A stretch of DNA of 64,000 bases from positions 3,224,001 to 3,288,000 of the forward strand of contig NEEC01000004.1 of the NCBI GenBank assembly GCA_002189035.1, read 5' to 3'. A program made the translations under genes and the position numbers. The stretch comes from Utricularia gibba. Its lineage: Eukaryota; Plantae; Magnoliophyta. Shown piece after piece: positions 12,901-24,411 of the stretch. Under the pieces are notes generated by a model that saw only the letters and a list, made by a program, of their open reading frames with translations, searched no databases and was not told where the DNA came from. Positions within the stretch are counted from its first letter, which is position 1, and every line of letters starts with the position of its first letter.

Positions 12901-14042
12901 ATCAATTAGTATGTGAAACATGGAAAACTTTTATCCCATTTCTTCCACAATTTCTATTTAAAGTTCAACTTGTAAATCCTGGTATAGTAATGGAATATTT
13001 GGATAAAGATATTGAAGTATTTTTGGGGATTTTAAATAATGTATTGAAGTTTATTGTTGATGTTGTCCTATGATAAGAGTTGATGACACACATCTATATG
13101 TAAACTATAACCATAAAATATTAATTGAAGTAAAAGTATAGTCTTCTGTTAATTTACTATCACTTATCTTATAATAGTTAATAGTGAAAATGATGAGTTG
13201 TGACTTTGGTTTATATAATCAATTGATTGACCTATAGAGTGACAGAAAGAAAATTATTTTATATCTGATAGATGTCAATCAATCTAAAAAGCGAGTTTAC
13301 AAGTATTAGGTTTTCTGAAGAAATATGGTGATTCACATCGACATTGTATATACCATTTTCTTTTTAATTTTCTAAGTAAATATAGGGCATTAGTGTTGAG
13401 AGATTATTTAATGAAAACAATTTATATAACTTTAGAAACCAAATAGAACAAATACATATAAGATATTTTGGATAAGAATGTGGAAGCATTTTATGTACAA
13501 AAGTTACCATTGAAATCAATAATATCTCATGATGGAAGTGCAGTATATGTTAATTTATGTTTTTCTTGATTAAATCTTATGCGACTTATAAAAATATGTT
13601 TAATCTCTAAGGCATGAAATGCTGACAACCAATCATGTAAAAGACATTAATCATGTGTTAAAGTAAGGAAGACATCTTCCAATGTATTCTTTTAATCAAC
13701 TATTTCAATAAATATATTATATATCTTAGTTAATATCATTAAAAAAATCAAATGCATATTTTACTTATAAAAATAAATTTATTCCTTATAAATGTATTGA
13801 AGATTGAATAAATGTTAAAAATATAATCAATTTTTAAAACTTAAAAGTAATTATATTTATTATTTATATATGTGAGTAAAAAATAATTAAAAAATAAAAA
13901 TACACTGATTAGTATTTATTAAAATAAAAATAAATATACAATGATTAATATTTATTAAATTAAAAGAGATGATTAGTTTTCAAATAAGAAAATTAGAATT
14001 GTTACTTTTCAAATAAATTAATTAGAGGATTATTTCTTTTCA

Positions 14043-14112
14043 AAATAACACCACAACGGATATGTCATGGTCAATTTCAAAATAACACCACAATGGGTAT
14101 GTTATGGTCAAT
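14043..14112. repeat. Short tandem duplication (~37-bp unit, 2 copies)
   Basis: CAAAATAACACCACAACGGATATGTCATGGTCAATTT followed by CAAAATAACACCACAATGGGTATGTTATGGTCAAT. Confidence 0.7.
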
Positions 14113-14791
14113 GATATCATGCAACAATGGCCAATATCGGTGTACAATGTTTATTAGTAAAATAGGATACAAATGGAGATTTGATTATAAAGATCAATTT
14201 TGTTATTTCGGAAAACAATGAAAACTATTTTTTTCAAAATTTTTATTTAAATACTGTGTACTAATTTTATAAAGACAAAAAGTATCAACTTTTGAAATAC
14301 AGTAGATGAATTTTACCTAATTTTTAGATAGTAGAAATAAAGAATAATATTTTGGGAATCAATTTTGTTATTATAGAAAACATTTATGATTATTCATGCA
14401 ATTATTTGATCTTGTTCATTTGCTTGGATTTTTTGATTCAATTATTTTTTTAATGTGTTCCAATTGAAATCACTTTTAAATTTTACATAAGTGATAAGAA
14501 TACCGAGGAATTGATCGAGACGGGGTGCAAAAGCCGAGCATTGACGACAAGGAGGGGGTTCAAAATCGCTACTGGAAAACGCGACCAGAAACAAGGGAAA
14601 CGCGTCTAGAAAGCCGTTTGTTGGCCGATAGCGGGAACCCTAGGTTTGATCTGGTACAAGCTGAACGATTCTGGAGTGGGTATCTCACTTTTTTTTGTAT
14701 TTGAACAAAAAAATACAAGCAGGCTCATTTTGCATTTGAACAAGCAGGCTAGTTCAACCGTTTTGTGTGATGCATTGCTGCGGATCCGGCA

Positions 14792-16015
14792 ATGGCATAT
14801 AGTTTTGTCAAGAGAGTTGCCGTTCTGCATTCCAAGTCAACGTCACTATTGTTGTCCCATTTGAGAAGTCTTTATTGTCCAGGATCCTTGATGTTTTCCA
14901 CCCAGGACAAGGTGCCTTCTGTTGCTAGTACGCTACATTTGTCTCCTGTATTTTCGAGTCTCGATGAGATAGGCTCATTGTCCTCTAGATTTGACGTAAT
15001 TGATGATGATGCTTGGAACGTGATGTCTGGATTGGCTGGTGCTTATAGAGAGGATACTGGAGATAAAGCATTGGGTTTGTGGTGTCCTTTTGACGATGAA
15101 GGGGATCACAGTGTTGATAAGGAATTGAGTTCAGATGGTGCAGCCCCTGAATACGATGACATTGAGGATATGAGAGTTCGTGGAAACCTGTTTTATAAGA
15201 TGGACAAATACTCGATCGAGTCTGAAGAGTGCAAATACGATATCCATGGAAAGAAGCATTCCAAAACTGGAAAAAGGCGGAACGAGACTGTAGATGGTGG
15301 GATGAAAGGAAGGCCAAGCAAAGGTGAGTGTGGAATACGAGAAACAACGCAGGGTAGAGAGAGTAAATCAGCATCTTCGGTGCCGGTGGCATCTCATAAT
15401 ATTGAGAATGCTTCAGCTTTACCTGTCGGTGTGAGGAATTGTGGAATACGAGATATGGTTAAGGATAGATGGAGTAAACCAGTACCTTCTCTGGCATGTC
15501 ATAAGATTGAGAATACATCAGCTTTATCGATTGGTATGAGGAATTCTGGTACACGAGAAACAAGGCAAAGTAGAGGGAGTAAACCAGCTGCTTCACTGGC
15601 ATGTCATAAGATAGATAATACATCTTTACCTTTGCGTGTTAGGAGTTCAGGTAGAACTCCCACATTCAATCAGCTAACAGCAGCTTACCACGAGCCATTC
15701 TGTTTGGACATATATATTTCTAAAGGCTCAGTGCGTGCTAGCATAATTCACCGAGCCACTAGCAAGGTTGTTGTAGTGGCTCATTCTATCTCCAAGGACA
15801 TGAAACTTGATTTGAAATCTACGAGGAACAAGGATGCATGCATTGCAGTTGGACAAGTCCTGGCGCAGAGAGCATTGGAGGATGATATTCACAACGCTAT
15901 TTTCACACCAAGGAAAGGGGAGAAGCTGGAGGGGAAGCTTATGATGGTCTTGGAGTCTGTTAGACGTGGTGGCGTCGATGTGAAATTGAAACTAAAGCAA
16001 AAGAATGCAAGATGA
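14792..16015 (+). CDS. Organellar ribosomal protein uL18-like (L18p/L5e family) protein with long N-terminal extension; intronless CDS
   Basis: 407-aa ATG-initiated ORF. C-terminal ~100 aa (FCLDIYISKGSVRASIIHRATSKVVVVAHSISKD..ACIAVGQVLAQRALEDDIHNAIFTPR..EKLEGKL..V) is an L18p-type domain. The N-terminus is Arg/Ser/Leu-rich like an organellar targeting peptide. Confidence 0.85.
   Translation: MAYSFVKRVAVLHSKSTSLLLSHLRSLYCPGSLMFSTQDKVPSVASTLHLSPVFSSLDEIGSLSSRFDVIDDDAWNVMSGLAGAYREDTGDKALGLWCPFDDEGDHSVDKELSSDGAAPEYDDIEDMRVRGNLFYKMDKYSIESEECKYDIHGKKHSKTGKRRNETVDGGMKGRPSKGECGIRETTQGRESKSASSVPVASHNIENASALPVGVRNCGIRDMVKDRWSKPVPSLACHKIENTSALSIGMRNSGTRETRQSRGSKPAASLACHKIDNTSLPLRVRSSGRTPTFNQLTAAYHEPFCLDIYISKGSVRASIIHRATSKVVVVAHSISKDMKLDLKSTRNKDACIAVGQVLAQRALEDDIHNAIFTPRKGEKLEGKLMMVLESVRRGGVDVKLKLKQKNAR
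15326..15650 (+). repeat. Three imperfect in-frame ~105-bp (~35-aa) tandem repeats inside the uL18-like CDS
   Basis: ECGIRETTQGRESKSASSVPVASHNIENASALPVGVR / NCGIRDMVKDRWSKPVPSLACHKIENTSALSIGMR / NSGTRETRQSRGSKPAASLACHKIDNTSLPLRVR. Confidence 0.85.
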
Positions 16016-16441
16016 TACCGACAAATTCATGGTTAGCATTGACTTGATGTTCTGAATAATAATAAAAAAAAACACAGGTCCTGTCCAGCCACAGTAGCCA
16101 ATGTTCTTTGAAGTTACCACTTCGGTATGGAGAATCATGACTTTATGTTATGCCCTTAGTTGCTTGGTTCGTTACCTTCATGTTTTACAGAAGGAAGAAA
16201 GACAAGAAATTCTTTTTGTTGTGTGAGCAGACAATTGGAATCAGGTATGCGACGAATAGAACTACACCAAGACACTAAATTTGCTCACCAAAATTGTGGC
16301 GATGCTCCCAACAGAACAGAAATGTATTGGCAACTGAAAAGTCAATTCTAAAAATTGCATGGAGTGAGAGGGATGCTATGACACAGCTTGAGTTGAGCTG
16401 CATCACTTGCTGGTTTTCAGATCAAATCATCGGCAGTTACT

Positions 16442-18850
16442 TTATCTTGTCCGACGCCCTCTAGCTCGACCGCAAAGGAGTGCATTATGAGGAATTGGGA
16501 GCTCATCTCTGAATGAAGTTGATGGTGTGTACACTCTCAGGTAGAACTGCTGCCCTAAGTATTGCTTGGCCCAGTTCTCAGATCTTATGTTCCATATTCC
16601 AACATTGTCCAGCGCAATGTAAATAGCCGTCCATGATTTCGGATAAACCTTCAGAAAGGAATATCAGGGGAATAAAAAGTAAGCCTCTCCTGGAGCATGT
16701 AATGAAATGGTTGTTTGTAGTACCTGCACAGTGCAACGGGCAACGGTATCCCTGAGATTATACCGCAGTCTACTGGCCTGAGACCACCCCCCCTGCTCCA
16801 TTCTGAAAAGTTTGAAATAGCGATAGGCATATAAGCATCAGAAGGAATGCTGGTTATGTTTGTAGGTTTGGGATGTTTGAACTTACCCAACAACAAAGAA
16901 AGAGTAGCCATCCACATGCCATGACTCTACAGAATCCTCCCAATTCTGAAATACAACCTCAACAAACGAACGATAATCGGCATGCATCACAGAAGTTGAA
17001 AGATATGCATTTCCCCATGAGGGGGTATCCTGAATAGTTCCAATGCTGAAAACACCGCTGATCTTGAAGTATTCAGCCAGCTTCAAAGGAGTATCAGGAG
17101 ATGTGTAGGAGGCACCATTTACAGCATATCTTCGTTTCCCATTGATAGAAGCTGCAGAGTTGGCAAGAATGATGGTTCTCGCTGGTTTTATCAGTCCATA
17201 GTGGTAGGAGCCTTGTGGATTTGGTCGCGGCCCGCTCGCCGTCAGATTGGTACTGATTCAGCCATATCTTATTGTTATTTTCAGATAAAAGTCTCACACA
17301 AGAAGAAGAAGGATCAAAAACTCTGGTTGGCAAGTAAAACGATCAAAACAAGTAGCATTTCATGTGCAGTAATTCTTACCGTAAGGATCTAGCCTGGTTC
17401 ACGGACCAGTCAATCTCCGTCGTAGGACCACCAGGAGGGTAACCAGAAACCTTGGTCCATGAGTACCGGTAATGAAGAACGGCAGTAGTTGTAAGCACAG
17501 TAGAGGTGAAACGGCTAGAAACTACAACGTAATAATCCTTAGACGGCTGATCAGCTGTGACCAAGATTGAGTAGGACTGGCCAAGGTGAACATCAAGCGA
17601 AGAGTAACTGTTCTGAACTGTGTGAGATCCTTCAACCTCTACAAGTTTCATCATATGCCCTTGGATTCTGAAATTAATAGAAGTCGCAAGACCAACGTTT
17701 GAAATCCTGAACCGGTATGTCTTTCCTGAGCAATCAAAATTTGGATCAAAGAAAATGAACAGCGCACAGCTACAGCTTGCGCTTGAGAGAAGAATCAAGA
17801 AGTATAACAAGTTACCTTGTTCAACGTTGAAAGTATATCCATTCCATCCGCGCCCATTGATGATCAGGCCATCAGGCAATGGGAGATCATTGCCACTATC
17901 CAAGATGTACTTCAATTGCTGCAACAACAAAGAAAATAAAAAATCCATATCGAAACCAGCAGGTTTGTTGGAGATGATGATAGTAGTCTCACTCTGTGGC
18001 CTCTCTTGTACCAATCTCCAGCAAGAACAACAAAATCTCCAGCAGGAGGAGGAAAAGGGACTGGAATAAGAGGCCTGCTGTACACCTTGATGCTACCATA
18101 TCCTCCAGCAGCTTTATGCAGTGAAAGTGAGGGAAAGTAGAAGTAAGTCCCAATCTGGTCTTTTGCTTGAAGTGCATAAGTGAAGTTTTGACCAGGCGGG
18201 ATTGGACAAGTTGTGCCAAATACACCATCTTGCCAAGAATTCCTTCTTTGCTGCAAACCATTCCTACAACACACAGCGTAGGGATTTGCTATAAAGTGGA
18301 ACAGTTTTCAACAGTGAATTCTAGTCGAAACTACCATCCTGACACACAGGATCCCCTTATCTGGCTCAACTACGAAGACGCTTCCCTTGGTGTTTTTGTA
18401 ACTACACTGTGATTTTGCTTTCCAAGAAAATGTGCGTGTTGATACACAGATCTGGTAATGACGCAACTACACTACAGAGGCTGGGAGACAGAACTCACCA
18501 GGAAATGAGAAAGGGCTCATTCAAGTAGTTGTAGACATTGATAATCAAGTTATCATTGGTGACGCAATCAATCGTCGGCCCGGGAAACTGCCCATTTATC
18601 AGAATACCCTGCACCACCACCGCCGGCGCCGCCGCCAGTCAGAAACATTATGTTTCCAAAGAAAAGAAAAGAAGTGGGTTGCATTCCTGTGTGTGGGACA
18701 AGTTCGCACCTGTTGTTGGAGGCCGAGAGGATAGACATCGCCGTAAGTGACCTTCCAAGTGTAAAATCGATAGGGGTTATCGCCATTCGCGGCAACCCAG
18801 AGCAGCGCTAAGCACGTAACTAGAGAATAACAACGTGCAGAAGGCCGCAT
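16442..18850 (-). CDS. SKS: SKU5-similar (SKS) monocopper oxidase-like / L-ascorbate oxidase homolog (8 coding exons)
   Basis: Exons (minus) 18850-18710, 18608-18499, 18263-17993, 17918-17816, 17725-17380, 17252-16887, 16802-16724, 16648-16442 splice in frame. Signal peptide followed by [85 protein letters not shown]. Confidence 0.93.
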
Positions 18851-19267
18851 TCTGTCGTGCTCACGACTCCAGCGACTGCAAACAGAGTTCAACGCGTGTT
18901 GTATGTTGGCGCAGGTGCAGGTGCAGCCCAATCCAAATGGTGTGTGTTTGCGGGAAGGAAGGAGATTTGATTTATTTGTCCGTCCATTTATGCGCGAATG
19001 TTCCGTTCCACAGGTTGGTTGGAGAAATGACGTGTTTGCCCCTCTCACGGGCTAAATATCCATCCTCCAGTGGCCCGTGCCCTGAGTCGTGTCTGAACGG
19101 CCATTCCAGTTCTGAGTTAATTAGTATTTTACACTATTTTACATGTGTCAGAGTTTTTTATTTACAATTTACCTTAAATTTTTTTCTAATTTGTAAATTG
19201 TCTTACTTTTTTATTTTTATTTGCAAAATACATTAGATTTTAGAGATGAATTTGATAAATACATATA

Positions 19268-20378
19268 CCGGAGGAGAGAGGTTAGCAAAATACCTTAACT
19301 TTTTGTTTTATTAATATTTTACATGAGTTATAATTTTTCATTTGCAATTTATCGAAACTTTTTGTTCTAATTTGTAAATTACTTATTTTTTTATTTTTCT
19401 TTATAAAATGACATAAATCTAGAAATTCATTTGTACAATAATACAAAAATAAGTTTAATATCAAAAAATTATATATTTTGTTTTATGAAATTTCTAAATT
19501 TTTTATATTTCCATAATACCATAATTTTTATTTTTCATTTATAAAATACCACATTTTAATTAAATTCTAATTACTATTTAAATTCAAACTATTATATATT
19601 AATAAAAACCTACTTTAAATTAATATTGAATTCCTAATTTAATAAAATTATAAAATATCTATTAATTCAATTTTTAAAAAAATTATTGAATTGATTGGGT
19701 ATTTTAACAAGCAGCGCCCACTACATATGTTGTAATATTTCCAGACATTGTTAACACGTGATGTAGTGTCTGGAAATATTTTTTAATTTGATTATATATG
19801 ATTTCCAAGCACTGCATCTCGTGATTCCAGTGGCTTTAAACTTTCAAATATTGCTACCATATGAAGTAGTGCCTTGAAATCTTTTTTTTTTCAATTGATT
19901 TTAAAAATATTACCACGCTCGCAGCGCCTGGGTGTTGCTTGTTAAAATAGTCAATCAATCTAATAATTTTTTTTAAAAAGTAAATTAATATATATTTTAT
20001 CATTATATTAAATTATGAATTCAATATTAATTTAAATTATGTTTTTGTTGTTATATAATAATTGAAATTTAAATAATAATTAAAATTTAATTAAAATGTG
20101 ATATTTTATAAATGAAAAATGAAAATTAAGATATTATGTAAATAAAAAAATAAGGAATTTCATAAAATAAAATATATAATTTGTGATATTAAATTTATTT
20201 TCGCATTATTGTACAAAGTAATTTATAGATCTAAGTCATTTTACAAAGAAAAATAAAAAAAATAAGTAATTTACAAATTAAAACAAAAAGTTCCGATAAA
20301 TTGCAAATGAAAAATTTTAACCCATGTACAATACCAATAAAACAAAAAGTTACGTATTTTGCTAAACTCTATCCTTTA
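19268..20378. mobile_element. Non-autonomous Mutator-like foldback element (~430-bp inverted arms), apparently inside an older related element (~19110-20490)
   Basis: Left arm GGAGAGAGGTTAGCAAAATACCTTAACTTTTTGTTTTATT.. is the reverse complement of right arm ..AATAAAACAAAAAGTTACGTATTTTGCTAAACTCTATCC; similarity continues inward to ~19710/19935. Candidate 9-bp TSD ATACATATA (19259-19267) / ATACATGTA (20379-20387). Confidence 0.75.
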
Positions 20379-21475
20379 ATACATGTATTTACTAAATTTA
20401 ACCAAAAAGTTTTGATAGATTGTAAATGAAAAACTGTAGTACATGTAAAATAACAATAAAATAAAAAATTACGGTATTTTGTCAACTTATTTACTCTGAC
20501 ACAGTTATTTAACAAATTTGGCTGTTACCTTCTTTCATTTTCTTTTTTTCTTTTTTTTCTCGATGAGTGTGTCTCAACGTTGTTGGTTCAGTGTGAAGAT
20601 AGGGTTGGGTTTTATATTGCTTACGATATTTTTGAAAATAATAAACGAATTATCCTTAAATAAAAAACAGTGTGACAGAGCGGCTAATTAGGGTGGGCCA
20701 CAAATGAATATAAAATTTCGTAATCTCATCCCCTTACGGCAAAAATTAGCACCAAATCTTTTTTTCTAAACACAATACATAAATATTGCAAAGGGGCGAA
20801 CTTTGCGGTCAGAATCTTAAATTACAATCATTATAAATAATTTAACCTTCAAATTTCAAAATTATGTCAATGACTTCTCAACTTGTTTTTTTGTAAATAA
20901 TTTAATTTCGAACATATAAAATTATATATTTAATCCTTCATATTACTACAATTAATTAGTTTAACTCTAATATCATTATAACAATGCATCATACAAAATA
21001 TGATATAATTATCATCATGTTGAATCATATGAAATTTGAATGTAATATAGCAATCATCACTTCGAATCATATTAGATACAAATATGATATAATCCTAATT
21101 GAAGTATCACTTGATTCGTCAAATTTCAGACCCGAACGTGAAAACCATAATACGAAATTTTGTTAAATTTGAAACCAGAATCAATTCGTGACAATATAAA
21201 CCAATTCATTTTTTAAAAATTTTGAAAATTATTTAGATTTTCATTGCACAATTTTGAAAAACTTGAATTATTTTTTTACAATTTTGATGTTTGATTATAA
21301 GATTATTTATACTGATTGAAACTTAGAATATTGTTATTACAATTTTAGTAACAAAAATTGATTGTGTAATTTAAAAAACTCAGGAATCTTGGGCGGGCGC
21401 GGCGGCAGAGCATGTTTTTCCATAGTGACTAAATAAATAAATAATAAAGCAAACAGCCATTGGAATGGATTCCTC

Positions 21476-21630
21476 CACATGGTCTGGGATTGGGATGTCG
21501 TGACCCTGACCCTGACTCTGTGGGGCGGGCAAGGGTTGGGGTTGTGTGCCGTCGCCTTCCTGCCCGCACATTCTGCTCGCTCTGCCCCCAGTCGATTTGG
21601 CATATCCCCAATCCCACCCATACCCCCTGT
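21476..21630 (+). ncRNA. MIR482: Candidate MIR482/MIR2118-family microRNA precursor hairpin
   Basis: 5' arm ATGGTCTGGGATTGGGATGT (21479-21498) pairs with 3' arm ATATCCCCAATCCCACCCAT (21602-21621). An inner GC-rich stem is formed by TGTGGGGCGGGCAAGGG / CCTTCCTGCCCGCACA. The 3'-arm 22-mer is the reverse complement of GGT ATG GGT GGG ATT GGG (GMGGIG), the NBS-LRR P-loop target of this family. Confidence 0.6.
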
Positions 21631-21934
21631 TTACGACCTAATTAAGAGCATTTATTACACTTCTGTCGGCATCAAGACACTTGATATATATATATATACA
21701 TGCAGTGACCAGACAAGAATGATGTTGAGTGGGTATGGTATATGTGTTCATCGGGCAACATTTCTTTCTTTTAAATTCTTTGTTTCCCCGGCTGTGGAAT
21801 CAAGAACAATAAATGAGCAACAAACAAAAAAAAGCATTTAGTTTCGAGTTTTAACAGGTGGGCGTGGGCTGACCTCAATTCCTCTACTGTGTCGTCGACT
21901 TCACATTCCAATCTCTCAAAAAAACCTCCCTCCT

Positions 21935-23887
21935 TTACCATTGAACCATCCATGGCATTTGCAACAGCAAGGCCAGCAGAACGCCCCACCCCGATCCCAC
22001 CACGCTGCCGACCCCGGCGCTGCTGGCGACCGTCGAGTTCACCACCTCCCTTGTTCTGTTGTGCACCCTTTTGCTGAAAACAGTTTCATGTGAAACCAAC
22101 GGTGAGAAGGATACGATCCAACGTGTAGCCCAACAGCCTTGAGCGGGCCATTTTCCGTGCACTGTAAAAATGGTAACGAGTGCTGTTGCTTACCTGCCTG
22201 GAAATATGCACCCCCCGTGACCTGAAATGACACCAAAAACAATGAATCAGTATATTACTGTGGGGCTGCCGCCTGCTGCTGCTTTAGGAGATCTGTGGAC
22301 CCAACCACATAACACCATCTTCCACTCGTTCATTTCTCGCAGTAAGAATCTTCCAACATGCCAAGTTTTCAGATAGAATGAATGCAACCCGGAGTGTTCA
22401 GAGAGCATTCTTTGTGAAATGAAGAATATGGGCTTACTTGGATCGGTTGTGGTGATCATAGCAGCGCCTTTGAAGTCGCAGGAGCCGGACGATTTCCCTT
22501 CCTTCTGATAATAACTATTGAATGCATAAGACGCATGATTCTTCACATTGTTTGGCTGGTAGCATCTCTGCCCTGGCTGAATCTCGGAGCAGTTTGCTCT
22601 ACCAGGTCCGCAAGCCCAATCCAACGCAGCCTGCAGAGTTTTTGAATCCAAGCCATCCATAGCAATACAATACGTCTGATTTGTTGAGTCGTTTGCCAGA
22701 AATGAGCCACTATCAGAAACATGAAGCAAGTAAACTGGAGTTGTGTTTGCATAGAACAGACCCCAATTCGCCTCGGATACCGGATTAGACCGCAAATCTT
22801 CGTTGAATAACTCGTAGATGTACACACTAGAAGTGATTTCAGGGTGCACTGGTGTTCCGGTGCGCTCCAAGATGTGCCTAATCAGGTTGGAGTTGAACGT
22901 ATCTGCATTGTCAATGGTTGCAGAAGGCTCCTTCGAGTCCCCTTTTGAAGGCCAACCAGTCTCGGAAACCACAACTGGAACATCAGTAACATTAAGATTC
23001 TTCATTGAAAAATAAACAGAATCAATCATGGCATCAAGAACATTGGTGTAGTGCAGCAGCGTGTTGGGGTCAACCATCTCCTTTGAAGGTGTCAAGGACT
23101 TGAAAAGTGCGTTTTCCAAAGGAACAACCCCTTTGTTCTGCATATAGACATAGTAGGGATACAAGTTCATCATCAGTGGAGATCGAGTCCTTGACAGAAA
23201 CTGCAGCAATTGAGTTAAAACAGGGCTGAAACTCTGATTGAAATATGACTGTGAAGGTGGAAAGGGGTCAAGAACAATAGAGGCAGAATTGGGTGTCGAA
23301 ATCTTGATTTGTGAGTGCAAATTCGCAGCCACAAGAGCGCTGTAGAGCGACTCAATCGCCGGCATAAGCAAAGGAACTGAATTAGGAACAGTGGTGAGAA
23401 CTTCATCACCGACGGCTATGGCGGTGATGAGAGTTTCAGGGTAGAACGCCACCACATTCCGGCCAACCCATGTGGCGGCGGTGGCGTTGGAAGAGCCAAT
23501 GGCGAGAAGTTGGTTGTTGGGCACACTCACAATGACTCTAATCTTAGTGTTAGCAAGTGCTCTGAGAATATCAGCATTAGCATCATAGAGGCGGACATGG
23601 GTTATCTTCTGCAACTGCAAAAAGGAAACCAAATCCGCCGGAGAAAGCAAATTCGACACATCTGTCCCGATGTTAACCCCGACAAAGGGCTCATCTTTTC
23701 CTTGCTGCTGCGCCCTAATTTCTGCAACACAAACACAAAGAGCCCACAAAATAAACTACATTCATCGAAACCCCACAACCCCAAAAGGCGTTTGGTCTAA
23801 AGAAAATCTCCCAAAAACAATACCTGAGGAAATAGCAGCAGCTAGGAGGAGGAGAAGTAACGAGGGAATGAGGTTAGAAGTCTCCAT
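21935..23887 (-). CDS. Glucan endo-1,3-beta-glucosidase (GH17 + X8/CBM43), probably GPI-anchored (4 coding exons)
   Basis: Exons (minus) 23887-23824, 23721-22438, 22221-22194, 22073-21935. Signal peptide; GH17 motifs VGVNIG, VRLYDA, IAVGDEVL, NLYPY, VVVSETGWPS, YIYELFNED; X8 motif YCIA..LQAALDWACG..NCSEIQPGQRCY..HASYAFNSYYQ..CDF; hydrophobic C-terminal tail. Confidence 0.92.
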
Positions 23888-24411
23888 TACCGGAAATGAG
23901 AAGCTACACTACAGGGTTGAAGCTCATGGGCAGTGGGAGTGTCGGCCGTGGCTGGTAAAGAGTTATTTCCAAGTTTCAGCAACTTCTGCGCCGAGTGGGC
24001 ACGCAAGGGGGGTATTGAGTGGTCAGTGACACAGAAAGCTGCCGACTTTTCACCATGGAAACTCTGAAGAGTTGCAATTTCATCTCGGACCCACCCACGG
24101 TTAAAATTTCTTCTAGAGGCTGCTGCGATCTTCGTTTGGAAAATCCCATCTAAGCGAAGCTGGTGTTGCGAATGCAACCAAAGGAAAGCAGGGGTATAAG
24201 CTGGAAAGGCAAGACTGTTGCGTTGATTTTAGGAGGGTAATAAGAATTGCAGGTGTATGATGTGGAAGTCCGACAAGGAGTCCCTCTCTAGAAATGGGTT
24301 TTGTTGTGTGTTTCAGATTTTTAATTTTAAAATATTATTTTTAATTTTTAATAGAAATAAAAGTGAGTAGGGAGGGAGTTTATGCACCAAATTGAGTGTA
24401 ATATTTTATGT

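Noticed and set aside
21337-21621. Minus-strand ORF starting MGGIGD as an NBS-LRR gene fragment
   Set aside because: Only the P-loop hexapeptide matches. There is no GKT and no downstream RNBS, kinase-2 or GLPL motif. The match is better explained as the antisense of a miR482-type arm.
22085-22164. Alternative 3' splice acceptor (TTTTTACAG) that would give the glucanase a different, non-GPI C-terminus
   Set aside because: The implied intron (22162-22193) is only 32 nt, well below usual plant intron length.
22247-23749. The 500-aa ORF taken as the complete glucanase
   Set aside because: It starts at a TTG inside intron 1 and runs into intron 2. The spliced four-exon model gives a proper signal peptide and C-terminus.
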